Origin: a virus
DNA: 48,214 nt
Virus record (IMG/VR): IMGVR_UViG_3300006131_000280
Reading direction: 5' to 3' (one strand)
Shown: positions 26,771 through 36,041 of the stretch, piece by piece
Position numbering within the stretch: the first letter of the stretch is position 1
How the letters are laid out: each line of letters opens with the position of its first letter
Program-made: the position numbers and the translations under genes
The notes under the pieces: generated by a model
Told to the model about the DNA's origin: nothing
What the model saw: the letters and a program-made list of their open reading frames with translations, nothing else
Database searches by the model: none

Positions 26771-27817
26771 TTAGATTCCATCTACATACAGCATGGTCTG
26801 ATCGTAAAATACCTCCACCTCGGACAAGTTTCCAGCGTACGCAGTATCATAACAGAACTGTGCCGTGTTAGGACCAGTCATGGCCCTCGTCAACGGTACA
26901 AGCTCATCTATGGCCAGATATCTTTCCTTGTTACAGTAAACTGCCATTCTATCCTTTCCGGATACTCCGGCGCCTTTACACCAGATCGTTGCTCCGATGA
27001 ACAGATCAGCGCCGTTCTGCCTGGCCACATTGTTCTCCAAAAGGAATGTGAGAATAGTCTTTTCCGCCAGGCTGCTGACCCTGGTCGTTGCCAGGTAGTT
27101 ATATTGCTCATACGGCATAATAATGTGATTCGGAATAGCATCCCTGTCATATTCCGACGCCGCCCATGCAGCCAGAATTGCAGTGTTGATATCATCCAAG
27201 ATCTGATCTGGAGTCTTCCTCTTAAATGCTGTTGCCTTAGAGCTGGTTTCTCCAACTTCCGCCGCACTGGTTACCGTAACATCCGGATTATTTAACAGTC
27301 CATATGTGCCATACCTTGAAAAACCTGTATACGTGTTTTCGTCCATGTGTTTATCATAGGTCATACGAAGACCGTCACGAAGCAGGCTGTCCAGATTTCT
27401 TCCGGTCATATTGCCGCGCTGCATGTCGATCCACATCACGCGGGTGCCGGCTGCGATCATGTGAGTCTTATAAAGGCCCTTTCCAAAATCCGCTTGAACC
27501 ATCGGAATGCCATTAGCCCCGCCAGAGTGATGAAGATTATCTCCAGAGCCGCCGCTTACTCCATACCCCACCTGCATGGCAGATACGAATTCAGCCCATC
27601 CGCCGCCAACGCGGATCGGAATATCCCTGGAATATGTAAAGCTGGTTAACGGAGTCCGCACCAGCATATCACGCTTTTCCAGTTCAGACTGTAAAAATGC
27701 CTGCCCGGATGCAATCCCTGCATCATTCATGGCAAATGCCTGCGCGTTTCCTCTTTTTGCGGCCTGCCCTCCTACTGTTCCTAAATCAAAAGTTCCAACA
27801 TTCTTAAAAGCCATCAT
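26771..27817 (-). CDS. Major capsid protein (DUF2184-type, HK97-fold inferred)
   Basis: 348 aa. Position after the scaffold and decoration genes. Confidence 0.7.
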   Translation of the reverse strand: MMAFKNVGTFDLGTVGGQAAKRGNAQAFAMNDAGIASGQAFLQSELEKRDMLVRTPLTSFTYSRDIPIRVGGGWAEFVSAMQVGYGVSGGSGDNLHHSGGANGIPMVQADFGKGLYKTHMIAAGTRVMWIDMQRGNMTGRNLDSLLRDGLRMTYDKHMDENTYTGFSRYGTYGLLNNPDVTVTSAAEVGETSSKATAFKRKTPDQILDDINTAILAAWAASEYDRDAIPNHIIMPYEQYNYLATTRVSSLAEKTILTFLLENNVARQNGADLFIGATIWCKGAGVSGKDRMAVYCNKERYLAIDELVPLTRAMTGPNTAQFCYDTAYAGNLSEVEVFYDQTMLYVDGI

Positions 27818-27825
27818 TTACCTCC

Positions 27826-28335
27826 TTAAGCATGGCTGCGTGTTAAGATACACAGCTCCGCAACACCATTGGCATCTGCAGAACCTTTCCATTTCGCGTT
27901 GGTTAATGTCACACTATTGCTGGAATCCGCGGATGCCTCAAATCCCCCAATCACGGCATTGGGATGAGATTCGCTTTTTTTCGTACGTACATAAACAGTT
28001 CCGTCAGCTGTAGGTGAACCATTCTGACAGATCACATTAACGCATCCGCGTTTCATGACCGGTACGGCCTCACCGGGCTGATAACTGCCTGCATCCTGGT
28101 TAAAATAATCTGTCGCTGATTTTACCTCTTTTATAGCAATCCCAATAAAGTCAACTGCAGTTCCGGATTCTCCGAATGGAACCACTGCTCCGTTTGTGCC
28201 ATACAAAACAGCGGAGCCAAACTCCAGCTTCTCAGTGCCTCCCAGCGGATGAGTCTCCACAATCATATCCGGCTGTCTGGAATAACTCCCGGCATATCCA
28301 TGCGGCATGGTCTTTCCAATTGTCAGTCCCTTCAT
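27826..28335 (-). CDS. Head decoration/structural protein (DUF2190-like)
   Basis: 169 aa. Position between the scaffold and capsid genes. Confidence 0.5.
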   Translation of the reverse strand: MKGLTIGKTMPHGYAGSYSRQPDMIVETHPLGGTEKLEFGSAVLYGTNGAVVPFGESGTAVDFIGIAIKEVKSATDYFNQDAGSYQPGEAVPVMKRGCVNVICQNGSPTADGTVYVRTKKSESHPNAVIGGFEASADSSNSVTLTNAKWKGSADANGVAELCILTRSHA

Positions 28336-29558
28336 TCCTTGTTCTCCTTTCTGTGCGGGTTCATACTGTCGTATGCCTTCTGGATCGCATCCAGATTGAC
28401 CTCTGGCTTTCTATCTGTTGCTTTCTGTGCATTCTTCTGAACGGTCTGGATGAGCTTTGCAATGTCATTGTCCTCACCGGCTGTCACGCAGGCAATCAGG
28501 GCGTCTGCCACGGCCTTTCTCTCCTTTTCATCCTTAATAGCCGCCACAGACGGGCGGACGCTTTTTAAAATTGCCGCAGCAACCGCACTGTCCACTCCTG
28601 ACACTGTTTCAACTGCGTCGCCGGCCGGAACGATCTGAGCCTTTTTCTCCTCGTTCCTCTCCCTATCATCCCTTTCCAGCTTCTTAATTGCCGCGTCCAT
28701 GGGATTTTCTTCCTCTTCCGGATCCTTCTTCTCTCCCTCTTCCCCAATTTCAGCATCCAGAGCGGCCAGAAGGGCGTCAAGCTTCTTATCCAGAGCTTTT
28801 AAAAATGCAGCGTCCCTTATCGGTTTTTCATCAAGATTTGCCGCTGGCAATTTTCCCTCTCCTCCATTTCCTTCCCCGCCGCCCTCCTCCAGGGCATCAG
28901 CAGCATCCATAGCCATCTGTTCAATCTCTTCCGGGCTTTTATCCTTCGCGGCCTGCCCGAAGAGCTTCAGAAACAAACTGTTCTTTTTCATTTTCTTCCT
29001 TTCCGGCCGCTTCCCGGCCTGTTCTTTTTTTACTGTATCTGAATCTAAAATTGCGGCCCGTTTCCCTGCTCTTCCCCGGGTCACGACCGCAATATGATTC
29101 CCTCTGATATTCTTCTGGCTGTAAGTGCCGTCTCCATTATCGATATATTCACACTCATAGCCGCAACTGATCTCTCGTTTTCCGTTCTGTACAGCCTGAA
29201 TCAGGCTCTTATCGTGGATATGCAGATCAGCAATGACGTATCCTTCCCATCCCTCCGTTCCCCTCCGGATATTTTGTGCATGACCTCTTTCATACAAAGT
29301 GGCTGTTTCCGAAGAGATCAGTTCCGGCGGATGGTCATCCGTCACCGGTTTTCCCTCAAAGCTCGCAAGGGCGGCATCGGAAAAAACTTCCTCTGGAGAC
29401 CGATGCACCCTTACAATGCCCATACCCGGAAATCCCAGCTCACAGGACAGATATTCCATATCCCCGGTCCTGGCAACGGGAACATTCCGACAAATTAAAA
29501 AGCCCTCGCCAGTCTCGATCTGGTTAGGGCTTATCGTGTAGCCATAATAGGCGAGCAT
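28332..29558 (-). CDS. Prohead scaffold/protease (DUF2213-like) with acidic coiled-coil C-terminal half
   Basis: N-terminal GEGFLICRNVPVARTGDMEYL is typical of DUF2213. The C-terminus is rich in E/K/A. Confidence 0.65.
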   Translation of the reverse strand: MLAYYGYTISPNQIETGEGFLICRNVPVARTGDMEYLSCELGFPGMGIVRVHRSPEEVFSDAALASFEGKPVTDDHPPELISSETATLYERGHAQNIRRGTEGWEGYVIADLHIHDKSLIQAVQNGKREISCGYECEYIDNGDGTYSQKNIRGNHIAVVTRGRAGKRAAILDSDTVKKEQAGKRPERKKMKKNSLFLKLFGQAAKDKSPEEIEQMAMDAADALEEGGGEGNGGEGKLPAANLDEKPIRDAAFLKALDKKLDALLAALDAEIGEEGEKKDPEEEENPMDAAIKKLERDDRERNEEKKAQIVPAGDAVETVSGVDSAVAAAILKSVRPSVAAIKDEKERKAVADALIACVTAGEDNDIAKLIQTVQKNAQKATDRKPEVNLDAIQKAYDSMNPHRKENKE

Positions 29559-29603
29559 TCATATTCTCCCTTCTACATTTTTATGCATAAAAATACCAAC
29601 AGT

Positions 29604-29792
29604 CTAATTACTGCTGGTATACAATACTTTTTCAATATCATCAACTGTTTTATCATATAGAGTTTCCCAGTCTTTGGGTGAGCTTCCAATATCTATGATA
29701 AGATGAATGCCATCTGATGACACATCCATTACATCACCTTCTCTTCCATCCTTCAGCAAAACCCGATCAAATTCTTTCACTTTTCGCATCAT
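29604..29792 (-). CDS. Small protein coupled to the MuF gene (candidate immunity/antitoxin, DUF4926-like by recollection)
   Basis: 62 aa. ATGA overlap with the MuF stop. FDRVLLKDGREGDVMDV pattern. Confidence 0.55.
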   Translation of the reverse strand: MMRKVKEFDRVLLKDGREGDVMDVSSDGIHLIIDIGSSPKDWETLYDKTVDDIEKVLYTSSN

Positions 29793-31264
29793 TTCACCTC
29801 TGTTATATAAACCGATACCATTTTAATTTCTCCGGGAACAGTATCATCACTCCATGCTACCAGAACATTTGCAGGTCTTCCTTTTTTGCCATACAGAACT
29901 ATCTCCTGTTCATACCGTTTCCCATGCCCAGCACTTCCTTTATCAACCACTGGGTATAACGGAGCGCGCAAAAGGATTTCCTTTCTCAGCTCTTTCCAAT
30001 TATTTTCGTCATATCCCAAACGGCTTCTAAATGCCCTTCCTTTCGCCAAACCATCTGGGAAATCACCGCCAAATAGATAGTGCGTGAACTTCCTGTCAGC
30101 GGCTGTGGCCTTTTCTGCATTGGGCAGCCTAAGCTCCGGATGATGGAGGAGCTTACTCCTCCTGCGATGATCCAGTTCCATAAAACTAAAAGGCTCAGGA
30201 TTATTATACTTCATTTCCCGGAACTTTGCAAAATCTTTCGGAACCTCATTCCCTAATGTATTCCGGAACTCCTTATGCTGCCGCTTATCCCGGAGAAGCT
30301 GATTCCGTGCCCTTACCTTGTCTTGGTACGCCCGAATCTGTTTTTTTGTTCTTGGGTCCCGCGTGATCGGATTCTTTTCCGGATTTGAAAAGTCCTTGTC
30401 CTTTTGGATTTGTTTTTCTGATTTTCCAATAATCGTATATTTGATCAGACTATGTAAGCAGTTCGGATGAATGTTCAAGTATGTGTTGCTCAAATCTTCC
30501 GGTCCGCCAGGATCCACCTTTCCAAACGCCAGGGACAGCGCAGGGTATTCTGGATTCGTACCACTTTTACTGTATATCCGGCCCTCAAGAGGCGCACATA
30601 CTGGACACGTACTGCCGATTTTTACAATCTGCCAGAGGTCATGATCATCTGCCGTCAGAATTGCTGCCACTTCCGCCTGCCTTGCAGTTGTCCGGACTGC
30701 CATATTCCCATATTCCTGTAATGTCCATGTACGGCCAGCTTTGTCTACGAATGCCGAAATTCCCCGGTTCTGCAGCTCTCTCGCCACAGCCGCACTCCCC
30801 TTCTGCCAGGCAGATCCCGCTGCCTGCTGTCTGAGAACCTGTTTTAAAACCTCTTCCCGGAACGGATCCGCTTCCAGCCTCGCGATTGTAAAATATCGTT
30901 CCATGGTCCTCTTCGCTCCTGCGGCCGCTTCTGTAAGCTCTCCTAACAGGTTGTCAGACAAGCGCTGTATAACGGCTGTCTGAGCCGCTGTAAGCGTTCT
31001 GGCATTCCGATATCCGGCAGCGTCTTTATCGGTATGATAAAAGACCGTTTCGATCATTTGGGGGACGTACTCCCAGGACTCGTCTACCATATTCTGCAAC
31101 GTTTTCTGGACACGCTCCAGAGCTGCCACCTCGGCGTAATCCACATAGCCCTGATCTCTCTTTCTCATGATCTCACAGATCAGGTCCTGCTCTGTCTGCT
31201 GCAACAATACCCGCATGTATCTGGTTACATCTCCGGATACCGGTGGACGTATTTTTTCTACCAT
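29789..31264 (-). CDS. Head morphogenesis protein, MuF / SPP1 gp7 family, with a C-terminal extension of about 200 aa
   Basis: MuF core GSTCPVCAPLEGRIY...HPNCLHSL. Extension ends KFTHYLFGGDFPDGLAKGRAFRSRLGYDENNWKELRKEILLRA... Confidence 0.8.
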   Translation of the reverse strand: MVEKIRPPVSGDVTRYMRVLLQQTEQDLICEIMRKRDQGYVDYAEVAALERVQKTLQNMVDESWEYVPQMIETVFYHTDKDAAGYRNARTLTAAQTAVIQRLSDNLLGELTEAAAGAKRTMERYFTIARLEADPFREEVLKQVLRQQAAGSAWQKGSAAVARELQNRGISAFVDKAGRTWTLQEYGNMAVRTTARQAEVAAILTADDHDLWQIVKIGSTCPVCAPLEGRIYSKSGTNPEYPALSLAFGKVDPGGPEDLSNTYLNIHPNCLHSLIKYTIIGKSEKQIQKDKDFSNPEKNPITRDPRTKKQIRAYQDKVRARNQLLRDKRQHKEFRNTLGNEVPKDFAKFREMKYNNPEPFSFMELDHRRRSKLLHHPELRLPNAEKATAADRKFTHYLFGGDFPDGLAKGRAFRSRLGYDENNWKELRKEILLRAPLYPVVDKGSAGHGKRYEQEIVLYGKKGRPANVLVAWSDDTVPGEIKMVSVYITEVK

Positions 31265-31269
31265 TCACG

Positions 31270-32724
31270 TCACCCTTCCTCTGATTCCGTCTCTCCTGGA
31301 ACTGTAAAACCTGCCAAAGGATCCCGCATCTCACGGTTCTTTGAATATGTCCTTCCCCTTCCTGCCTCAATACTCTCATCCGGAATCTTACCGAACATGC
31401 CTGTCTCTTCCGCCATCGCCTGCAGTTCCTGCATAGCCGTAGCAGCATCCATCAAATCATTCTGATATACTGCCAGAATCGCATTCGTCTTTCGTTCTGC
31501 GATCTCTGCAATCTCCCTGGCATCCGGGGTCCACATCGGCGGAAAATCAATTTCCATATCATCCGGAATCTTTCCCCAGGCCGACAAAGCCATAACTGGA
31601 AGAAGCCGCTCAAGAATCCGGCGAAGAGTTGTTTCCCGCAGGCCATCGATATAATCATAATAATTCTGCATGTCTGATTCCCCAGTAGAATTAAGTCCCG
31701 CCGGCGAACGTCCGAACAGCTTTGTTACCGGTGTCCTTGCAGCTCCCGCAACATCCATCATAACCCGGTCATACACATCCGGCAGTCCGGTAAAGGTATA
31801 TTGCGTGTTATGGATCGCATCCCCTTTATTGATAATACGGGTTCCGAAATTGCTTTCTAAAATTGCCTGGGCCTGCATGGTATTCCAGAACCGACGCTGG
31901 ATTTCAGTGTTAGCGGTTCCCAAGAGCTGATCCAAACCGTCTGCCTCCATATAGTTCACATTCGCCCGGAAGGTAAGCGCTGCAATATTGCCAGAAACAT
32001 TATCCCGCTTGACAATCTCATTATAAATCGCCTCGATTTCCGATTCTCCCCAATAGGTTTCCGTCACCTGTTCCTGCCAGGGAAGTTCACGCCCCAGAAA
32101 GCGAAGAATCCTGCTGTGATGAACCTTGAGCATCATCTGTCCACTGTTTTCATCCCTTACTGTGTAATACGCCGGAAGGCCAAAATCCGGATCTTCTGGA
32201 TCCAATACAAGCTCCCCCTCCGGATAAACACCAGACCATCGGTCGAGGATCTGTAGCCCCAGAAAACTTCCCGGCATGACCGCGTCCAGATCAAGTGGTT
32301 CACTCATATCATTCTGTCCCTTGATCAGTATGACACCGACAGCACCGCCATATAGGCGTCCCCAGCACATGCCGTCCAAAACCTTCTTTCGAATCTGTGT
32401 TTTCCTTTCTAACTTTGCCATCTGGTCCATATACTCCGGCGCAAGTCCAGACTTGATCTCATACCACTTCCGGACCATGTCATTGGGGATCGTAGCAACA
32501 ATGTTCTGTACGATCCAGTTATCCCGGTACAGGCTGGTAAGCAGCTGATAATTCTGTGTCATGCGGGTCATCGGATATTCGGTAGCCTGAAGAAGGTCCA
32601 TGGTTCCAAAACCGATTCGCGCTGTAGGATTAGAAAAAGCGTCCATCGTACTGACATACGCTAAAGAATTTGTATTCTGTTTTGTATCCGCCCTTGTACG
32701 GCGAGATAGTTTTCGTTTAGACAT
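31270..32724 (-). CDS. Portal protein (DUF1073-type)
   Basis: 484 aa, directly after terL. LYRDNWIVQNIVATIPNDMVRKW. Confidence 0.8.
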   Translation of the reverse strand: MSKRKLSRRTRADTKQNTNSLAYVSTMDAFSNPTARIGFGTMDLLQATEYPMTRMTQNYQLLTSLYRDNWIVQNIVATIPNDMVRKWYEIKSGLAPEYMDQMAKLERKTQIRKKVLDGMCWGRLYGGAVGVILIKGQNDMSEPLDLDAVMPGSFLGLQILDRWSGVYPEGELVLDPEDPDFGLPAYYTVRDENSGQMMLKVHHSRILRFLGRELPWQEQVTETYWGESEIEAIYNEIVKRDNVSGNIAALTFRANVNYMEADGLDQLLGTANTEIQRRFWNTMQAQAILESNFGTRIINKGDAIHNTQYTFTGLPDVYDRVMMDVAGAARTPVTKLFGRSPAGLNSTGESDMQNYYDYIDGLRETTLRRILERLLPVMALSAWGKIPDDMEIDFPPMWTPDAREIAEIAERKTNAILAVYQNDLMDAATAMQELQAMAEETGMFGKIPDESIEAGRGRTYSKNREMRDPLAGFTVPGETESEEG

Positions 32725-34026
32725 TTATATCCCTGTCCTCCAACTTGGTAATGTTGTCTTCACATAATATCTTAATGCATCCGGACCGTGATCTAACTGC
32801 TTCACCGGCTTTTCCTCTCCATGTTCTGCCGCTTTGTCATCCCACACATAAGACTGCATTTCAGACCGCAGTCCCCTGCATGCTTTGTTGATCCGGATCT
32901 TTTTGTGCTCTAGCAAAGAAGACACGATACGGATTCCGTCCAGCACTTCATTATCCGCCAGTTTGACAATGAACCCACGGTTTCTGAGTTCTGCAATGAA
33001 CGATGCAGCAGATGGATCCACAATGATTATACACTGGTCTTCCGGCTTGTTCCCCATAAACTCAACCATATCATCTGCATACTGGGAATCTGTTTTATTC
33101 GGATTTCCTGTTCTTCTTGCCTCCTCAGATCTGCTGTCCCAGCGATATTCTTTGTCTACCCATACAGTATCACCATCATCCCAGATGTCTAAGAATACAC
33201 AGGGATTCGTCGTTCCGTAGTCCACAGCGATTGTCCTGACACCGATGCTCTTAAAACCTGCCGGCCGTTCTTCATCGGTATAATAATTTTCATCTGTACA
33301 CATGGTATAAATAAGCCCCTCAGCAACCGCCCACAGGCCCTTAATATAACGGAGGAAGAACACACCGGCATACATGCTTCGATACCTGGCCTTGATCTTC
33401 TCTGACAGGCTCAGATTATCTTCCATCGTGAAATGCAGATAAAGCAGCTTCTTATCTTTCCTCTTATCAATCCAGTTTACTTTAAACCAGTGCATCGGAC
33501 CTGCAGGATTACAGTTAAACCAGAATTTAGAACCATCCACAGAACACCGGCCGGTGGCCTGATTGACAAACGACTCCGGCATCAAAGCAACTTCATCAAA
33601 AAAAGCTCCCGCGGCTGTGATACCTTGTACCAGCTCCTGGGAACCTTCATCCTTACCGCCAAAGATGTAAAAGTAATTTGTTTTTCCACTTTTTGTGATC
33701 TCCAGCATGTTTGGAGTTTCTCCGGATATGTGATGGACGCAGCGATATCCCCGGCTCCGAAGCATCGTCTTAAGATTGGTGAGCACATTTCGTTGGAACG
33801 AACTGATTGTCTTTCCAGCCATGATAAAATTCTGTCCGTCAAATGTCTCCATGACCCAGAAGACAAATCCCAGAGACATGGAAACCGTCTTTCCCGAGCG
33901 AATCGCACCATCCGCGATGATACCGTCATAATCCCTGACCGGGCTGTTCGGCATCCACCAGTTCATAACTTTACGCTGCTTCTTCGAAAATGGCTTAAAA
34001 TTAAATACCGGTTTCTTTTTCTTCAT
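32725..34026 (-). CDS. terL: Terminase large subunit (PBSX family)
   Basis: Walker A ADGAIRSGKT. 433 aa. Follows terS. Confidence 0.88.
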   Translation of the reverse strand: MKKKKPVFNFKPFSKKQRKVMNWWMPNSPVRDYDGIIADGAIRSGKTVSMSLGFVFWVMETFDGQNFIMAGKTISSFQRNVLTNLKTMLRSRGYRCVHHISGETPNMLEITKSGKTNYFYIFGGKDEGSQELVQGITAAGAFFDEVALMPESFVNQATGRCSVDGSKFWFNCNPAGPMHWFKVNWIDKRKDKKLLYLHFTMEDNLSLSEKIKARYRSMYAGVFFLRYIKGLWAVAEGLIYTMCTDENYYTDEERPAGFKSIGVRTIAVDYGTTNPCVFLDIWDDGDTVWVDKEYRWDSRSEEARRTGNPNKTDSQYADDMVEFMGNKPEDQCIIIVDPSAASFIAELRNRGFIVKLADNEVLDGIRIVSSLLEHKKIRINKACRGLRSEMQSYVWDDKAAEHGEEKPVKQLDHGPDALRYYVKTTLPSWRTGI

Positions 34027-34825
34027 CCGTTATCTCCTCGATCTCCCAATCCTCTGGAGCACTTCCTTTCAGGGCATCAAGGAAGCCATCGTTCTGTTCG
34101 TCCTCATCGTCCTGTTCACCAAGTTTCCTCACGTCCAGATCCAGTCGTCTCAGTTCAATCTCCAGTCTGGCATCATCCACACCGTACCGATGCAAGGAAT
34201 CAATGGCAGCCTGCTTCCTAGTCTGTACTCTGGTTAAGGCATCCTCAATGCGCTGGATTTGGCCGAGTACGCCTTCATCTTCCGTTAGGACTGTATCTTT
34301 CCCTTTTTCAACCCCCGATTTGAATTTCACTGTGGTCATACCAGAAGGACGCTTTATGCCGCCTTCTTCAATCGGTTTCGCCTCTGCTTGTTTCAGATCC
34401 TCGATCCGTCTTAGCATCCTATGCTCCCGGACAGTCAGCAGACGGATTTCCTGCAAGAGGAGCTGCTCTTTATCCGCTGGCACAGCCTCGGCTAACCGTT
34501 TCTCCTCTGGTTTCAGGCAATCAAAAAGGAGGGTCTCAAACTCTCCCGTGGTAACTGCATTCTTATTTCCTTTTGGCGCAGCGCCGCCCTTGTTCCCCAC
34601 AGCATTTTGATTGCCGGCCGGAGCGCCCCTTGTTGCAATTTTTTTCTTTTTCGGTCGCAACTTTTTTTCCTGCTGGTTGCAACCATCTTTCCGCTTCCAG
34701 TATCGGCTGGCCCACGACTTCACGGCCGACAGGCTTACTCCGTACTTTTCGGCAATGTCTTTGTATTTCATGCCTTGCCGATAATCAGCAAAGGCCTGCT
34801 CTCTTGGTTCTAAGCTTTCACTCAA
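34001..34825 (-). CDS. terS: Terminase small subunit with N-terminal HTH
   Basis: YRQGMKYKDIAEKYGVSLSAVKSWASRYWK. TTG start after GAGGTGG. Confidence 0.75.
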   Translation of the reverse strand: MSESLEPREQAFADYRQGMKYKDIAEKYGVSLSAVKSWASRYWKRKDGCNQQEKKLRPKKKKIATRGAPAGNQNAVGNKGGAAPKGNKNAVTTGEFETLLFDCLKPEEKRLAEAVPADKEQLLLQEIRLLTVREHRMLRRIEDLKQAEAKPIEEGGIKRPSGMTTVKFKSGVEKGKDTVLTEDEGVLGQIQRIEDALTRVQTRKQAAIDSLHRYGVDDARLEIELRRLDLDVRKLGEQDDEDEQNDGFLDALKGSAPEDWEIEEITDEEKETGI

Positions 34826-34943
34826 GCATCACCACCTCATTTGAGTTTGATTTTTAACAAAGTGCGGGGGCAGGATTTGAAACCGGGACCCACGGGATAC
34901 AATCCCGGTGAGCTGCTGGCTGCTGCATACCGCAATAATGGGT

Positions 34944-34977
34944 AAAAGAAAAGGAACTGCCGCAGTGGACAGTCCCC
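34944..34977 (-). terminator. Terminator after the RHH gene
   Basis: Minus strand: GGACTG-N10-CAGTTCC (one bulge) followed by TTTTCTTTT. Confidence 0.5.
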
Positions 34978-34993
34978 TATCAAACGTTTTCAT

Positions 34994-35188
34994 TTACTTT
35001 TGTTTCTCGATAAAATCCTTCATCATTTTTGACAGCTGTGCAGCCTGGCTCACTCCCGCTCTGTCACAAGCATCCGCAAACTGGTCTACTACTTCACGCT
35101 TTAGCTTATACGATTTCGACATTAACCCTGCCTTTTCCTCATACTTTTTCGTCGCAATTGTTTGTGGTTTGGGGTTTCCTACTGGCAT
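34994..35188 (-). CDS. Ribbon-helix-helix (Arc/CopG-like) small protein
   Basis: ATG 35188 lies 6 nt after GGAGGG. KSYKLKREVVDQFADACDRAGVSQAAQLSKMMKDFI is RHH-like. Confidence 0.65.
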   Translation of the reverse strand: MPVGNPKPQTIATKKYEEKAGLMSKSYKLKREVVDQFADACDRAGVSQAAQLSKMMKDFIEKQK

Positions 35189-35284
35189 CTTTTGTCCCTC
35201 CACATCTCAAGCAAGCCGATTCCTGATTTAACGACTGCCAACACGATAAAGAACGTGCCCAAAAATTTCAATGCATTTGCCATA

Positions 35285-35314
35285 TTGATTTTATACAGAT
35301 GAGTGTGTTATAAT
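35285..35314 (+). promoter_or_regulatory. Strong promoter of the antisense sRNA
   Basis: TTGATT, 18-nt spacer, TGtTATAAT (extended -10). Confidence 0.65.
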
Positions 35315-35320
35315 ATTAGT

Positions 35321-35450
35321 TAAGAGAAGGGCTTACGCCCCTCTCTGCTACTCAAGTAGCTTTGAAATAAGCAGTAGGATAACTCCTACTACTAAGTCCG
35401 TTAGCACTCCGACCAGCCAAGTCTTAAGTTTGCTATCGGACTTTTTCTTT
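35321..35450 (+). ncRNA. Candidate antisense sRNA (type I antitoxin-like), about 130 nt
   Basis: Starts downstream of promoter 35285..35314. Four hairpins: GAGAAGGGC/GCCCCTCTC, GCTAC/GTAGC, AGTAGGA/TCCTACT, and GTCCGTTAGCA/TGCTATCGGAC followed by TTTTTCTTT. Fully complementary to CDS 35348..35467. Confidence 0.55.
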
Positions 35451-35467
35451 CGGCTTTCGCCTCTCAT
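35348..35467 (-). CDS. 39-aa membrane peptide (type I toxin-like)
   Basis: Hand translation: MRGESRKKKSDSKLKTWLVGVLTDLVVGVILLLISKLLE. AAGGAGGTGA lies 7 nt upstream of the ATG. Consensus promoter upstream. Confidence 0.6.
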   Translation of the reverse strand: MRGESRKKKSDSKLKTWLVGVLTDLVVGVILLLISKLLE

Positions 35468-35492
35468 CTGTATCTCACCTCCTTATGATTGT

Positions 35493-35521
35493 ATTATATC
35501 ATAAGGTGCACCATATGTCAA
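35493..35521 (-). promoter_or_regulatory. Perfect-consensus promoter of the peptide mRNA
   Basis: Minus strand: TTGACA, 17-nt spacer, TATAAT. Confidence 0.7.
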
Positions 35522-35540
35522 GCTCTTTTACTTTTATCTG

Positions 35541-35573
35541 GGTAAAGAAAAGAGATGGCGCAGGGCCATCTCT
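35541..35573 (-). terminator. Terminator of the AT-rich two-gene operon (T tracts on both sides)
   Basis: AGAGATGGC-N5-GCCATCTCT, followed by TTTCTTT on the minus strand. Confidence 0.65.
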
Positions 35574-35576
35574 TTT

Positions 35577-36041
35577 TTATTCTTCAACTATGAATCCATA
35601 CGACGCCACCAATTTACTATCATCCATATTATTAATATCTCCTGCGTCTTCCTCTGTTACTGGTTCTTCGTATTTATATACAACTAACTCATAATTTCCT
35701 GCTCCTGGCAAATATGCATCCTTGAAAAAAATGTTTGATATCTTCTGTGACGAACCATCATATCTGCTTTTTCCTAGTGCACTTTTTAAACTATCTGCTT
35801 TCTCATAATCAATTCTTCCCAACGATACCGCTTTATCGTCATCATTATCCCCTATCTTTATCAAAAATAATAAAAGAGTAAAATGTTTAGATAAATAATT
35901 TATTGTATTAATTAGAACAAATACAGTAAAGGATAATTTATTATCAAATATTCTTATTTTATCAAATATAGATGTTATATTGCTTGTAGAAGTTACTTCT
36001 CCCTCACATAACAAAATATTTATGTTAAATCTACTTTCCAT
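35577..36041 (-). CDS. Hypothetical protein (154 aa), AT-rich accessory gene B
   Basis: Track ORF. 11-nt overlap with the upstream gene. No recognisable motif. Confidence 0.65.
   Translation of the reverse strand: MESRFNINILLCEGEVTSTSNITSIFDKIRIFDNKLSFTVFVLINTINYLSKHFTLLLFLIKIGDNDDDKAVSLGRIDYEKADSLKSALGKSRYDGSSQKISNIFFKDAYLPGAGNYELVVYKYEEPVTEEDAGDINNMDDSKLVASYGFIVEE

Noticed and set aside
34862-34935. Second tRNA-like stretch (minus strand) with an ATTGTAT loop (UGU anticodon-like) and a GGTTTCAAATCC T-loop-like motif, just upstream of terS.
   Set aside because: No T stem can be paired (CCCGG versus TCCTG). The acceptor pairs at only 4-5 positions. The D region is a direct repeat (GCAGCAGCCAGCAGC) rather than a stem. 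It is not a credible tRNA. It may be a decayed fragment or part of the late promoter region.
35179-35283. Second hydrophobic mini-ORF (34 aa, MANALKFLGTFFIVLAVVKSGIGLLEMWRDKRCQ) downstream of the 39-aa peptide.
   Set aside because: No Shine-Dalgarno sequence lies upstream of its ATG, and it overlaps the antisense promoter and the RHH start. It is toxin-like in composition but unsupported. It is worth re-examining only if ribosome profiling is available.
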